This document shows positions 40,500-53,187 of a stretch of 64,000 nucleotides of DNA, one piece after another. Origin of the DNA: Heterodontus francisci. Its lineage: Eukaryota. The stretch's first letter is position 1. The number at the start of each line of letters is the position of its first letter. The notes under the pieces are model-generated. The model was not told the DNA's origin. It saw only the letters and a list, made by a program, of their open reading frames with translations, and did not search any database. A program made the position numbers and the translations under genes. The stretch lies in NCBI RefSeq assembly GCF_036365525.1, contig NC_090407.1, positions 23,278,084 through 23,342,083 of the forward strand. Direction: 5' to 3'.

Positions 40500-40773
40500 A
40501 GAAAGACTTGCATTTTTATAGTGGCCTTCACAAGGTCAGGTTGTTGCAATATGGGAAGTGTGGCTGCCAATTTGTGCATATTAAAGTCCCACACACACAA
40601 ATGCAGTAATGACCATGCAATCTGTTTTAGTGATGTTGGTTTAGGGATAAATGTTGGCCAAGACATCAATGTCCTTGTTGAGACCTCCCCTGCTCTTAAA
40701 TTAGTGCCATGGCATCTTTTACATCCACCCGAGAGGACAGACAGGACCTCCACTTAACCTCTCATCTGAAAGA
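40500..40773 (-). mobile_element. DeuSINE/SacSINE1-like SINE, head missing (other copies ~39485-39735, ~47900-48185, ~21290-21460)
   Basis: Shared body gataatgaccagataatctg...gagggataaa.attggcca repeated across the copies; the family name is from recall. Confidence 0.65.
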
Positions 40774-41016
40774 GTAGTTCAGAATATTGCAGGTTTTCTT
40801 GTGTATTTTACCCTCTTTAACCGAACTTTAGTCTTAAATTTGTGCAACTGATAGTGAATTGGCAGCTAGTTAGTGAACATTAGTTACTAGCTAGATGTGA
40901 ACCATCTGTGTAGTTGGGCAGACTGAGTGCTGAAAATTGGTTTGTGACCTAATCTGTCGGGACTATAAAAAGAGAGGTAGTATCAGGGAACCGTGAGTTC
41001 AAGTAAAGATTGCACT

Positions 41017-42400
41017 ACAGATAGAGTGATTAAGAAAACAGTAAAGAGTATTTTACATCTTCCATCGGAGACTGCTGATGGTTTGTTATACTCTAAAATG
41101 AGGAATGGTGGACTAGGTTTACCAAAGTTAGAACTACAAATCCCTGCAGCTATTATTAAAAAGTGGTCGAAGATGGAGCTATGGACGGATCCAGCGATAA
41201 AAGCCTCGTTTTCGTTTTGTGGGATTAATTTAAGAGATAAAATTAATCTCGAGTGAACTGAAAGTATTGAAAGAAGTATTAGGAATGGATGGAAAAAGGA
41301 TCGACTCCATGGAGAGGGATGATTCCAATGCATTAATGGAAATTAACGAGATGGATGGCCAGGAGGATGCGAGCGAGGAGAGGACGAAATATCGAGATCC
41401 TTATATAAAATGGAGAGATGCTGAATTCTGGAGATGGTCCCGATTACATTTTCAAGGAGTGGGAATTTCCTACTTTTATGACGACCCATTATCGAACAAA
41501 TGATTACAATTCAACACAATGAAACAATCTGCATTTCTAAAAGCCCTCCAATTAAGGACCAATACATTTCCAACGCGTTATTTCCTATCTTTGGGTAGGG
41601 AGAACTACAATAAGAACTGTCGGAGATGCGAGGTTCCTAATGAGACGCTGCCACATATACTGGGGAGTTGTATGTCGATGCAGAGATACAGGATACATCG
41701 ACATAATAAGATCGTGGATTTGTTGAAGGATAAAGTGGCAAAGGAGGGCTGGAAGGTATATGTGGAACCACACTTCTGAGATGATGAGGGAAGACTATGG
41801 AAACCTGACCTTATATTTACGAAAGGTCAGGATGTTGCAGTGGTTGATGTAACAATAAGGTTCGAGGACAATAATAGATCTTTAGAGAACGCTTGGGACG
41901 AAAAAACAATGAAGTATAAACACCTAGAGACAAGAATTGCGGATTTTACTAAAAGTTTCTATGGATTTGTAATTGGAGCCCGGGGGAAATGGCTTGTAGC
42001 CAACAATACCTTGTTGACTTTTTTACGAATTTAGAATTTTAAGACCTTTGCCAGCCAGGTTTCACGTCTGACAATTGGACTATCGTTGGACATTTTAAAG
42101 GACTTTCTTGGATTTTAAAATTTTAAATGTTATATTTTAATGTGTACTGTTAAAATTGTGATAGTATAATTTAATAATTTTAAGGTTTACAGTTTTAATA
42201 ATAAAGTTTATGTTTTAAATAGTAGAGGAGGAGAGGCAGGGTAAGACTAATCAGAGCGGCGGTATAAACCCAGTAATATTACGAACGATTATAGTCTCAA
42301 TTTTGGGATTACGTGATTATGACTTCTTCATTCCCCTTTTTCCCGTTACACTAATGATGACATCGAGGCCGGACTTGGAATTGTGGACGTCCCACTTAAA
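41017..42400 (+). mobile_element. R2-clade non-LTR retrotransposon remnant (thumb, CCHC zinc knuckle, restriction-like endonuclease, 3' UTR); RT core absent
   Basis: LHLP...LLYSKMRNGGLG; WRDAEFWRW...QG; ALQLRTNTFPTR; CRRC...HILGSC; RHNKI; EPH...KPDLIF...VVDVTIRFE...EK..KYKHL; GFVIGARGKW. One frameshift (~41250), in-frame stops at 41501, 41777 and 42032, terminal TAA at 42116-42118. The 3' boundary is approximate. Confidence 0.88.
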
Positions 42401-45400
42401 AAGACGAAATGTACAGATTTTGATCAATCTGTCTTAATGCTGTTTATCAGAGACTTTTACAACAGGAATTTGGATAGAGTGAAAATTTAAAGCAGAGGGA
42501 CAGGATGAGCAGAGTAGTTTAATTCAAATTTAAGCAAAGGTTAGAAACGTAATTATAACATTGCCATTAATACGTGTGGTTCTTACAGGAGTGGCAGTTT
42601 CAAGCAGCAGATATTACCCGTAAACCTTTTGTTTAATCGCTGACTTGAATATTACAGCAGTCTTTTCATTAAACTCAGCCAGATGACAAATATACTAGTT
42701 GAGTTTCTTGTCCAGATAAATGTTGCAAAGCTAAATACAAACTAAACTCTCCAGCAAATATTGGAGCTGTTAAAGCCTAAATGCGATCCAATAAAATTTC
42801 ACACGAAAAACCTGCAAAACAGATTTGTTTCAAAAAAAAAATGTAAACATTAACGGTTCTGAATCCAACTAAAGCTATGGGATAAGCATTTTTCAGGTCA
42901 CTGTGTAATGTTGGAAATGTTTGTGAAGATTTCCTCTGTTCACTATTTCTAGCCAAATTGTAAGCCTATTATTAAAACAGTTATCAGAGAAAACCTTTAC
43001 TGACTGGTACACAACAGTTTCTTCACTAAACATAAATTGATAGAGGAATTCTTACTCCTATAATCGTCTAGTCTAAGATGCAATAAATACATAGCAATTG
43101 TTACCCTGTGTTCATACAAGGCATTTTAATGAAAAAAATGTAGTGTGAAAATTTCCCCAGAGCGGTATGTTTTTGCAGTTTTCATAACTTATTTGCATGA
43201 AAAACTGCATCAGTTGGGATGGACCACTATATAAATCCACTGTCTTCCTATTTTCCTATCCTTCCATTACAGATTTAATCTGGTTTTACTTTCTACAGTA
43301 TTAACTTAATTAGATGTGTTTTGCTCGGGTACTTGTTATGTGTGCTGCAATATATTATAGGCTCCGCAACATATTCCATAGAGCTTTACAGCATGAAAAC
43401 AGGTCACATCGTGACTGTGCTGGCTCTTTACTAGAAGAATCCCAAATGAATCCCACTGCCCTGCTCTCTCCTCATAGTGTTGCATCCAACTTCCCTGCAT
43501 ATCAGAGTTATAGTACAGTCAGCTGGAATTTCAAGCTTGCACAACATTGCACAAAGCAAGACATCCTGTAACACATCCGCTGAATCTCTACAATATACTG
43601 CAGTTTTTATAGAAAAGCTCCCAGAAGCAGTGAAGATGTCAGTCTCAGTGATCATCTGTCCAAACTACAGTTTATATGACCTTTCCTCCAGTTATTTAGT
43701 TTAAAACATTTGACTGCGTTTTCTTGGCTTCTAGTTCATTTTCCCTGAGAGTTTCACATTACTGCATTTTTGTGATTTTTTTGTTGTTGCATTCAGCATG
43801 TTGCCCCAGGAATTGGAACACCTTCCCATCTTAACCACCTTGCATTGGCATGGAGCACTCCCCAACAAGTGTAACCAAGGAAACGTCCCTTTAATCTACC
43901 CAACAATATGCTTCAGACCCAACCTTGGAGAGCAGCATCCCCACTGAACATTTTTCCATTTACCATACTATGCCTTAATTTATTCGCAGCTAGTGCTGAA
44001 TTAGGGGCAGTGTTATGCTCTAAACCTATACGGACAGGAACCAAACTTATTTTGCATAGAATCCTTATAAGCCCTAGCCATTCTCATCATTACTGCAGCC
44101 CGTTTTCAAACTCAGAGCCTAAGGCTAAAAGCTTGGTGTGTTAGCCCACTGCCGCACCCAGCACTCTTTCATATTTTGCCCTTTCCTCACTGTGTGTGTT
44201 TCTTTGTCATTGTGTTCCTGATTTCCAAGATGTTGATAGCCGTCAGGGTTGGTGCATGAGGATTAGCATTCTGAGAAGAATTCTCCCAGCACCCACCCCC
44301 AGGCTTCCACTAAGCTATCTAATATTGAACAAGCTTATTTCTTATTGATGCGTCGATTATGAATGAAGACATTTGTCCAACTAATTTTGAGAAGTAAACT
44401 GTTATTCAATAATGGCTGGAGGTGTAAATATTTTGTTTCAAGATTTAAGGAGAATACTGATCTGATGGTAGGTGCAGCCCCTTAACTTTAGACAGCACAA
44501 ACAACAGGACAAAACACAAGTTTACAGCATCGCCCTAGCTTCTACCATTCACACCTATTCACACATCTTGCACTCAAATTCCAACATCGGACTAAAACAT
44601 AGAGGCGCCTACATTGAAAACCTGAAGCCTTCGCTCAGGTTTCTCAAGTGGTTGAACGGCTCTTGTACTTGCAGTGGTGTGCCAGAGGGATGGAGGTAGC
44701 GCTGTCCCAGGAGGACCACAGACCTCTTTGTAAATTCAGGGAAAAGTAGTGACAGACCTGTGGCGATAACCACGAGCCAGTGCATCACGCACCCCCCCCC
44801 CCCCCCCCGCTGACTAAAAGAGGAGCAAACCATCTGAGAGTTCAATTTTTAAACAATGTTACTAAAATTTACTTTGCCAGTGTAATTAATTGTTGACCAG
44901 ACTAAAAATAACTGATGTAATAAACTATTTCTGAGCTGTCCATTTCCTCAGTTAAGCTGTGAGACCTAAAGGAAAGATGCAGACTCTTTAGGCCAGGACC
45001 CTGAACAGAAATAGGACAACCAATGAGAACATTATTCCTTAAGGAACCGATGGTTATTAAGCCATTTTTTCATCCTTCATTTCTACATTGAAAAATAAAT
45101 CACAACAGAAAGTTTACCCGTTCTCTTTGAGCACTGAAATAGTATTCAAGCAACCAAATAAGAGAAATAGTATACATTTGTTCCCGCTATATTTCTCGGG
45201 TTCTTTGGCCAGCCTCAGAAATGTATGGAGGTCTATTGGCAAATAATGTACAGAACTTGGAGTTAAACCTATTTATAATGAGGCTCCATGAAAAAAGTGA
45301 TACTGCACAATGTCTGCAAGACTGACTTTGTTGAAGATTAATGAACAGATTTGTTCTTCATTTCAGGTAAAGGCAGCAATCTGTAAACTTGAAATCAATT

Positions 45401-45426
45401 AAAGGCCCCGCCATACTGATGACTGG

Positions 45427-45518
45427 TCAGTTTTTTACTTGCACTGATGTGATATCCTCGGATTCTTCCTGCACAGGATCCTTTACGTCTTGTTTGATCC
45501 AGAAACACCGATTGAAAT
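45427..45518 (-). CDS. TNFRSF4: TNFRSF4/OX40-like receptor, last exon (cytoplasmic tail DFNRCFWIKQDVKDPVQEESEDITSVQVKN*)
   Basis: ttacag acceptor, phase 1; PVQEE TRAF-binding motif like OX40 PIQEE; no death domain. Confidence 0.75.
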
Positions 45519-46584
45519 CTGTAATTACGATGCAGTAAAATTCCATGTTAATTACAAGCTGCGACTATCAATTGATTATAGATGAAAAGGTTACTCATTA
45601 AGTTTGTTTATTCATTTCTAATTGGGCTGTTACTTTCTTCAAATTCAGTTAAAACTGTGCTGGATAGGTGCAGAATCCAGGCGCAAAAGATTGCGCTGCA
45701 GAACACCTTTCAAACTAGGTTGGAAAAGACATGAATGGCACAAATGTTTCAGCTCAGCTGCCTCTTCTTTCTACACAACTGTCAGGCTTCCTTGTAACAG
45801 CGTTAAAGGCTTCACCATTATAGGTGAATCCTGCCAGTGTTTGCTGAGGCTTCATTTTTTTTTAAAAGCAGCTTGGGTTCCATTTAGAATCACAAGCAAG
45901 GTATTATGTGGCAGTCCCCTATTCAATACCTGTGTAATATCATGAGTTTGCTTAATTGCATTTAACAGGTTAAACTTTTCAGAGAGGAATTTCAAGCTCC
46001 CCCCCCCCCCCCGTTTATCATCCCCATAATTAAAAAGATTTAGCATGTGTAGTCTTGAAATGCTTTGCTCTGCTGCAGAGGTTAGCACTCTCTACGCACA
46101 GGTATGCTTTACCACTCCACTTGTTTATCCATCTCAGGTTCTCAACTGGCTTCATTTAGAAAATGTTAATATGGTTTATACCATCCAATACTTTGCTGAT
46201 TTATAACACGAGTGAATGGAATTGCAATAATGCAGGAACTTGAGATCTGGGCATCACATGAAACACAGAGCATCCAAGTATGCCATCAGGAATTAGAGGT
46301 CAGCTTTCCGGTGAAGTACAGAGAGTGATGCAGATCCTAACTCTACGACAGTAGTTGGTTAGAACATCACTTTGAAATTCATGAAGCAACTAATTATCAA
46401 AGTAAAAGTTGGAGAATAGACTTTGATTCCATTCCGTCCCCACTGAAGAGCCTCCAGGATTCTCTCAGCTGGCTTCAAATTGTTTTTATATTTATACTAG
46501 TGAAGCAGAATAACATCGTGAAGCAGATAAAGAAAATAAAATGAAAGAAAAGAATGAGGTCTTTCAAAGTTTCTATTTCCTCAC

Positions 46585-46695
46585 CTCGGTTTGCCATTCC
46601 AAAGTGTAATTTTCCTCTCTTAATCAAGACAATGAGAAAAATCGCAACTGCCACAATAATGCATCCAATATAAAATGTGGTTCCTGTTGCCCTGC
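46585..46695 (-). CDS. TNFRSF4: TNFRSF4-like transmembrane exon (GRATGTTFYIGCIIVAVAIFLIVLIKRGKLHFGMANR)
   Basis: 111 nt, tttag acceptor and GTGAGG donor; hydrophobic helix followed by KRGK stop-transfer. Confidence 0.8.
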
Positions 46696-47082
46696 CTAAA
46701 GGGAAAAGAGAGTGTGATATTGAAGTAGTCTACAGTTCAAAATTTTCAATATCCCAATGCTTTCATTTGTTATTTACTAGTACTTTGAATACCATGGAGG
46801 CAACAACAACTGGCATTTATACAGAGCCATTAGAACATAAATAGGAGCAGAGTAGACCATTCAGCCCTTCGAAACTGCTCCACCATTCAATATGATCATG
46901 GTGGTTCTTCTACTGTCCCCATATCCCAAACACAAAGGACTGCGGTAATCTAATGTCTTATGGATCGTTCGTTGATTGTTATTTGCAGAACAAGGTAGAA
47001 CCTTTAATAATACAAAATCCAGGATGCTTTACAATTCCCTCATCTCAATCTTCTCCCAACTTCTGAAGGCATTTGGGAGAGA

Positions 47083-47465
47083 TGGTGACGTAGTGGTAAT
47101 GTCACTGAACTAGTAATCCAGAGACCTAGGCTAATGCCCTGGAGACATGAGCTCAAATCCCACCATGGCAGCTGGTGGAATTTAAATTCAATTAATTAAT
47201 TAAAAATCTGGAATTGAAAGCTAGTCTCAGTAATGGCGCCATGAAACTATCAATTGTCATATAAACCCACCTGGTTCACTTTGGGGAAGAAAATCTACTG
47301 TGCTTATTTGGTCTGGCCTACATGTGACTCCAAACCCACAGAAATGCGGTTGACCCTTAACAGCCCTCTGAAATGGCCTGGCAAGCCTTTCAGTTCAAGG
47401 GCAATTAGGGATGGGCGACAAATGCTTGACAGCGAAACTCACATCCCGTGAAAGAATAAAATAAA
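47083..47465 (+). mobile_element. tRNA-derived SINE, same family
   Basis: Colinear with 25455-25815; a partial copy also lies at ~11250-11440. Confidence 0.8.
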
Positions 47466-48654
47466 ACTCAGCTAGCCCACCTTCATATGTAGTTAAGCAT
47501 CGCAAGGTGCTTCTCAGGAGATGTTAGGGCAGGTGACCAAACATTGGGTCAAAGGGCTAGGCTTTAAAGCCTTGAAAGGAGGGAGAGGCGTAGGCAGCAA
47601 ATTTCTTAGGGCCGAGACAGTTGAAGGCATGGCCAACAGTGGTGGAATGAAGGAAACCATGGGTGCACAAGAATCTTGGAGCACAACTGTGAATGCCCAT
47701 ATATAACTTGAAATGTGCCTCTGGTGGCACATGTGCTGCACAGTGTGGCTGTGAATCATAGAAAACACAAAGCTCCCTGTTTCTACACTTGCCTGCGTGT
47801 CCCTTGCCCTTGATCACTGTCCAATGCCATTTGCTTGTAATGCTGCAGATGCAACACAGCTGCAGCTTGCTCTATCCTAGATATAATATCCCGTCTTTCG
47901 AATGAGAGGCCTTGTCTACCTTCTTAGGTAGCTGTAAAAGATCCCATGATACACTTTGAAGAAGAGCAAGGGAGTTCTCCCTGTTGTCCGAGCCAATATT
48001 TATCCTCCAACCAACATCCCTAAAACAGATTACCTGATCATTATCTCATTGCTGTTTGTGCACAAATTGGCTGCTACATTTCCTACATGATAACAGTGAA
48101 TACACTTCAAAAGTACTTCATTTGCTTTAAAGTGCTCTGGGGCATCCAATGGTTGTGAAAGGCGTTATAGAAATGCAAGTCTTTTTGAGTGGGGCACAGA
48201 ATTAGACTCAGCTGATGTTGACCCCAAAGGTGTTCAGCCAACTGGCATTCCCATTTCAGACTCCTGCATAAAGACGAGCCAATTGTGGACAGCTGCCAGC
48301 ACTCACGCAACAATCTGTTTGTTCAGCTCACTCCCTTCCAGGAAAAAGAGAAAGAAATCCTAGGCCGGGAATTTGCTCAGAATTGCTCCTGCTGGAAGTA
48401 TGGCTGGTGAGCCCCGTTTCTACCCATGAGCAAAGTTATTGCAGTGTAGTGGGAAATCCATGGCCCTGGTGTTTAATGTACACAATGTTAACTATAAAGG
48501 ATGGAGACCATTCAAAACCTTGTTCATCATAAAAACAATATAGAAATCAAATTACTTTCTTTAATATTTCAAAGGCAGTGGACCCATATGACAGAGACGA
48601 GGCAGAATGTACATTGAAATAATGTTTAAGCACGAGTCAGTCATTGACACTAAC

Positions 48655-48845
48655 CTGGTTTGTCTACTGTTGTTACTGAAGGCGTTCTCACTGAGGTACT
48701 GAGCACTGTTGCACTGGACGTAGTCGCAGGGTTAGGAGACCTTCCTTCAACTGTGGTGGTCTTTATAGTAGAGATGGATATGCCACATTCTGCATCCTCT
48801 GTACGTGATCCATTTTTAATTAAATGTTGTCCTTTTGCTTCACAA
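48655..48845 (-). CDS. TNFRSF4: TNFRSF4-like exon: end of CRD4 plus Ser/Thr-rich stalk
   Basis: 191 nt inside ORF 48650..48901; SCEAKGQHLIKNGSRTEDAEC then a mucin-like stalk; atatag acceptor, GTTAGT donor. Confidence 0.8.
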
Positions 48846-48941
48846 CTATATAAAAAGAGTCCATTGTTGCAATAAGTAAAACATGTGGGACTAAGCATCA
48901 CTCAAAAAGCTAGTAAAGGCACAATGGGCCGAATGGCCTTG

Positions 48942-49028
48942 TTCTATGATGTCAGTTTCTATGATGTCAGTTTCTATGATGTCAGTTTCTATGATGTCAG
49001 TTTCTATGATGTCAGTTTCTATGATGTC
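48942..49028. repeat. 15-bp tandem repeat (TTCTATGATGTCAGT), 5 perfect units plus 12 nt
   Basis: Directly visible; preceded by the CR1 tail remnant atgggccgaatggcc. Confidence 0.97.
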
Positions 49029-51559
49029 TCTGCATTGAAAGAGGTAGGTCTGCTGATTGATCAATGCATTACATTATAACTGTGGAATGAACAGTCTCCA
49101 TGGGGCTGCTCGGAAATAAGCTCAACACATTGTAACATGGGAGGGGAGAGCATTGAAATAACACAGAATGGTCAAGACTCACAACTGGTCACTTACCAAT
49201 TATTGGGGAGAAGCTATATACATTATTGAATTGAACATGACTTATGAATATTTGACTTATTGGGAGCTGTTGATTGCATTCAGTCCTCTCACTTGGTCAA
49301 AGGCACCATAAGACTTGAGTATAGAAACCCAATATTACTGGTTGAAAAGCTACACACTTCCTAAAAGGGTACATTGATCTTCTGTTAGTCTTAGCAGCAA
49401 CTACAACATATTTCAGTACAAATTTCAGCACTTTCATACAGCAAACACTACAGGGCAGATTTTCCTCTCCTGTGTGACTGGGGAACACTCTGCCTACAGG
49501 TGTAAAAAGGGGTGAAGACCTAATATGCCCCCATTATGTTATAGGAGATTTTAAGGGTTTCAACAGGTACAAACAAAGGGCAGCCATGCAACTGAGGGGA
49601 TTAGGCCCTGCAGAAACTATGCAGTGCAGGCAGCCAAACTGACAGCAGGCTGTGTCTTGCACCCACTCCTGGTCAGAGTATCTGATAGGGGCATGTGAGA
49701 AAGCACTGAAGGTTTTAAACGATAAATGTTACCTTCCTTCACAACCACCACCCACCCCAAGATACCCAGTATTAAAACTCAGACAGCCAGGCAGTGAAGG
49801 ATGGAATACTGGAGCCAAGATCTGAGTTACATATCATACACCAACAACCACACTTTCAGTCTGCTCCTATATATACACATGAGTACAGGTGAGTCCCCCA
49901 ATTAATGCCCACCACCTGATTACAATTAAGCACCCAATTAATTTACAATTAACACCCAGTGGATCCCCAAGACTGAAGGCCTTTAAGGTGGTGGCCACGG
50001 CTGCTGCAACAGTGGTTGGATTTCCATTTCTGAGTCTAGGCATGGTCCATGGCCAAGGAGCAGGACCTGGAATACATTGGACCCATATAAAGAGCAGAAC
50101 CCAGAAATAGAGGCAGTTTCAAGTACCCTCTGCTTGAATGGCACTTATATTGGTAGGGTGACAGGGGTGTAATTCAACCCTCATGATGATGAGGAAGCTT
50201 ATATGCAGCTCTTGTGGATCACTTGATAAAGGCAGTGTGCAGCTGAGCCACACAGAGCCTTTCCAATTGGTCTCAGTCAGAATGACATTGCAGGCTCAGT
50301 CGAGCCCAATGCCCTGAACTAAAGAGGGAAAAAACCTGGCACAATTCCTAACCATTGATCTCTTCTGGAAAGCATGCATATGTGGACTTTGGGTGAGGAC
50401 AGAAACAGTCACGATCATATTCCATCCACGTTTGAAAGCCCACTGATATTCACTGGCTAGCTTCACATATGAAGAAAGGCCACTTGAATGAGATATGTGG
50501 TAAGATGGGAGTTGGGACAAAGAAAAGTAAATAGTATCTATAGTTAGAGTTGGACTGAACTGGCTTGCATTGAGTTTGGGTGCTTATTTTTATACAATAC
50601 CTGTTGCAACATAGAAGTGTACAGAATTGGAAGAGACCGAACGAACTCAAAAAATCCCAAAGACAGCTTCAGTGTATTAATCTACTGCTCATACATTTAA
50701 ATTACTTACTCCCCCAAATAGCTATTCAGTCCCCTCTTGAAGACATTGGCACTATCCATCTCCACAGTCTCTCAGACATTTGTTTCACATATTCCACATC
50801 CAATGTGTGAAATAATTAAATCTAAACTGATTACAGACCTCCCCTCTATTGAACTTGAGCATGTGCTCCTTGTATAATTTGTGACTGTCAGCACATTATT
50901 ATAGTTCAATTTATCTTAGATTGAGTATCTGAAGATTTTTCCTGACCTTTCCAGTGTAAAATTACCAGTTTCTGTAGCCTTTCTCCATACCTCAGGTGCC
51001 TGATCTATTGTATCAATTTACCTGCCCTTCATTGTATTTTTTCCAAAGCTAGCATGCACTCCATGTTGTAACCCGCCCTAAACTATGCACAACCTTTTAC
51101 TAGTACTTGACAGGTCTGAGAAAAAAAGCCACTCCAAATGACAATCAAGCAGCTTATCTGTTTAACCCTTTTATGAACTGATTCAAAGCTACTGCATTAG
51201 AACTGTCTACAACCATTAAACTGCTGTCATTGTAAAGAACTATCTGTGAATTGGTAGTTTGGAAGTGTTTGATACTAACTATCCGTGTAGGTGCTGTCAG
51301 TCTGTAATGGAATCCTGCATATTAACCCAGAGACAGTAAATGGATATTTCCTCAGGACTGGCTATGCTGGATTACTTTCCATACTAGCTTTCACTCCAGT
51401 TCACATGGAGTGGGAACGCTTGTTTGTGGGAGCTAATCTTTGTGTTGAGCCAGAGAAAAGTAGCTGGTGGGACCCTGAATCCCAACACACCACATAGAGA
51501 CTGCGCTGCCTTCAAACAGACACATATCAGTTACAAAGCTGTACAAAAGTTTCACGTAC

Positions 51560-51641
51560 CTTATCCAAGGTTTGCATGGTTTATTGTCTTCATCATCTGA
51601 ATAAAATCCTGGTTTACACGGCTCACAGCTGTGGGGGTTTC
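51560..51641 (-). CDS. TNFRSF4: TNFRSF4-like exon (GNPHSCEPCKPGFYSDDEDNKPCKPWI)
   Basis: 82 nt, catag acceptor and GTACGT donor; CxPCxPGxYS...CKPW cysteine-rich-domain motif. Confidence 0.85.
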
Positions 51642-53103
51642 CTATGAATAGAAATAAGATTAAAGTGACAACACAGTTAATCACAATTGCAAGCAGATGA
51701 CTAGTTTCCAGTTAACTGATTCATACCTCATGATGAGCTTAAACATGCAATTAAAGACATTTTGAACAATTGCATGTGTGACAGCTTCACCTACAGCGAA
51801 GGGATTTTACTTACGTAAAAATTTAAAGAGCGGGTTTCACCACTTTTTCACTCCTTTCAAAAAGCAGTTACAAAGAATTATATTCCCTAGCATTTTGTCT
51901 TCCTCCACTGTTTTCTGCTGATATTTGTGAACAATTCTGTTTCAGACGAAACCATTCCAATGAAAGAATCTGTGTGGCAAACTGTTGCTTGTTCATTTGT
52001 AAGCACGTGATATGATAGTATAAACCCCCTTCGCTTAATGTCACAATAAAATTGGCACATAAGCCTGTTGCTCTTCAAGCAAAATCTTTGGCCCAAATGT
52101 TTTTTTATGCCCTTTTAACAATCAGTGTTGGGGAGACCCATTTCCAGTTTACAGGTTGCTGCTAGTTAGTCAGTAGGAGTCCATTGCAATTGCGATGTTT
52201 CCATTCCAGACATAAGCACAAACTGGCATTTGCTGGTCAGGGTTCATTGTAAGTGTACTCCTGTCAGCTTATCACAAACCAATTATTGATGATCATCGAA
52301 AAACATCCTGAATGGGAACAGTTGACTATGGGAACATGCCCATTCATCGTGTCATTGGAACAAGAGTTTCATATAGCCACATCAGGGGCAGTTTTACTGA
52401 AAGGCCTACTCTCATGCAGTAAATAAGGGGCAACTAAGAAGCAACTTGCATATAGATATCTTTCCATTATATTCAGGATTGTCTAACAATTCAGATAAAT
52501 ACACTTATTATTTAAGTACCTCAACTGTACCTAAATTGTACCCAATGGGACAAGAGTACTTTGATTCTTATTGTTACCTTGTAAGTGCTGGAGATGGAGT
52601 TGGGTCATCTTCTGGGCTCAATAAAACTGATGATTCGCAATGGTTCCAATTGCAGTTTATCTTAATTTAGGCCCCTATTCTCAAAATGTTACCTAAGCTG
52701 CTTAAAATCTGCCTAGAAATTGCTGAATTTTCTGTCAGTGGGATACTGTACTGCAAAATACAGATATAGCTACTGCTGATATATGCAGCCATGGAGTGTG
52801 AGCAGTGGAGGTGCATTTCTGACCAAAGGGGTCAAAAGGCCTACTTGCAGGAGTGACCAGTGACACTGAGCCCGGAGAGATTATCTACCAAAGATCCATG
52901 AAATATATAATAGCTATCAGACCATTAGCAACACCAAGGCAATGGCTGCTTGGGAGAGGATGGTTGACATACAAGAAGTATTGACAGAACTTCCCTCTTT
53001 GCCTGATTTAAGTTAGTACTATAAGAGACACCAGGCCTGGTAATTCAGATGATTCTTGCTGTTTTCTTTTGTTGCAATTTATCAAACGTTAATAGTTTCA
53101 TAC

Positions 53104-53187
53104 CTGGTTTCAATTGTTCACCTTTACCGCACGAGCACTCAGCATTAGAATTGCGCTCACATTTCTTTTTATAAGTGGCACCATTTT
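53104..53187 (-). CDS. TNFRSF4: TNFRSF4-like exon (ENGATYKKKCERNSNAECSCGKGEQLKP)
   Basis: 84 nt, tacag acceptor and GTATGA donor; end of CRD2 and start of a shortened CRD3. Confidence 0.82.

Noticed and set aside
42950-42958. TAGCCAAAT, matching the first 9 nt downstream of the canonical R2 site in 28S rDNA
   Set aside because: The match stops at 9 nt, lies ~830 nt past the R2 stop codon in AT-rich DNA and has no other rDNA context; plausibly chance. Worth revisiting only once the element's 3' end is defined.
48942-49028. CRISPR-like array, or the DVSFY repeat peptide in ORF 48885..49079
   Set aside because: No spacers and a vertebrate intron; it is a simple tandem repeat.
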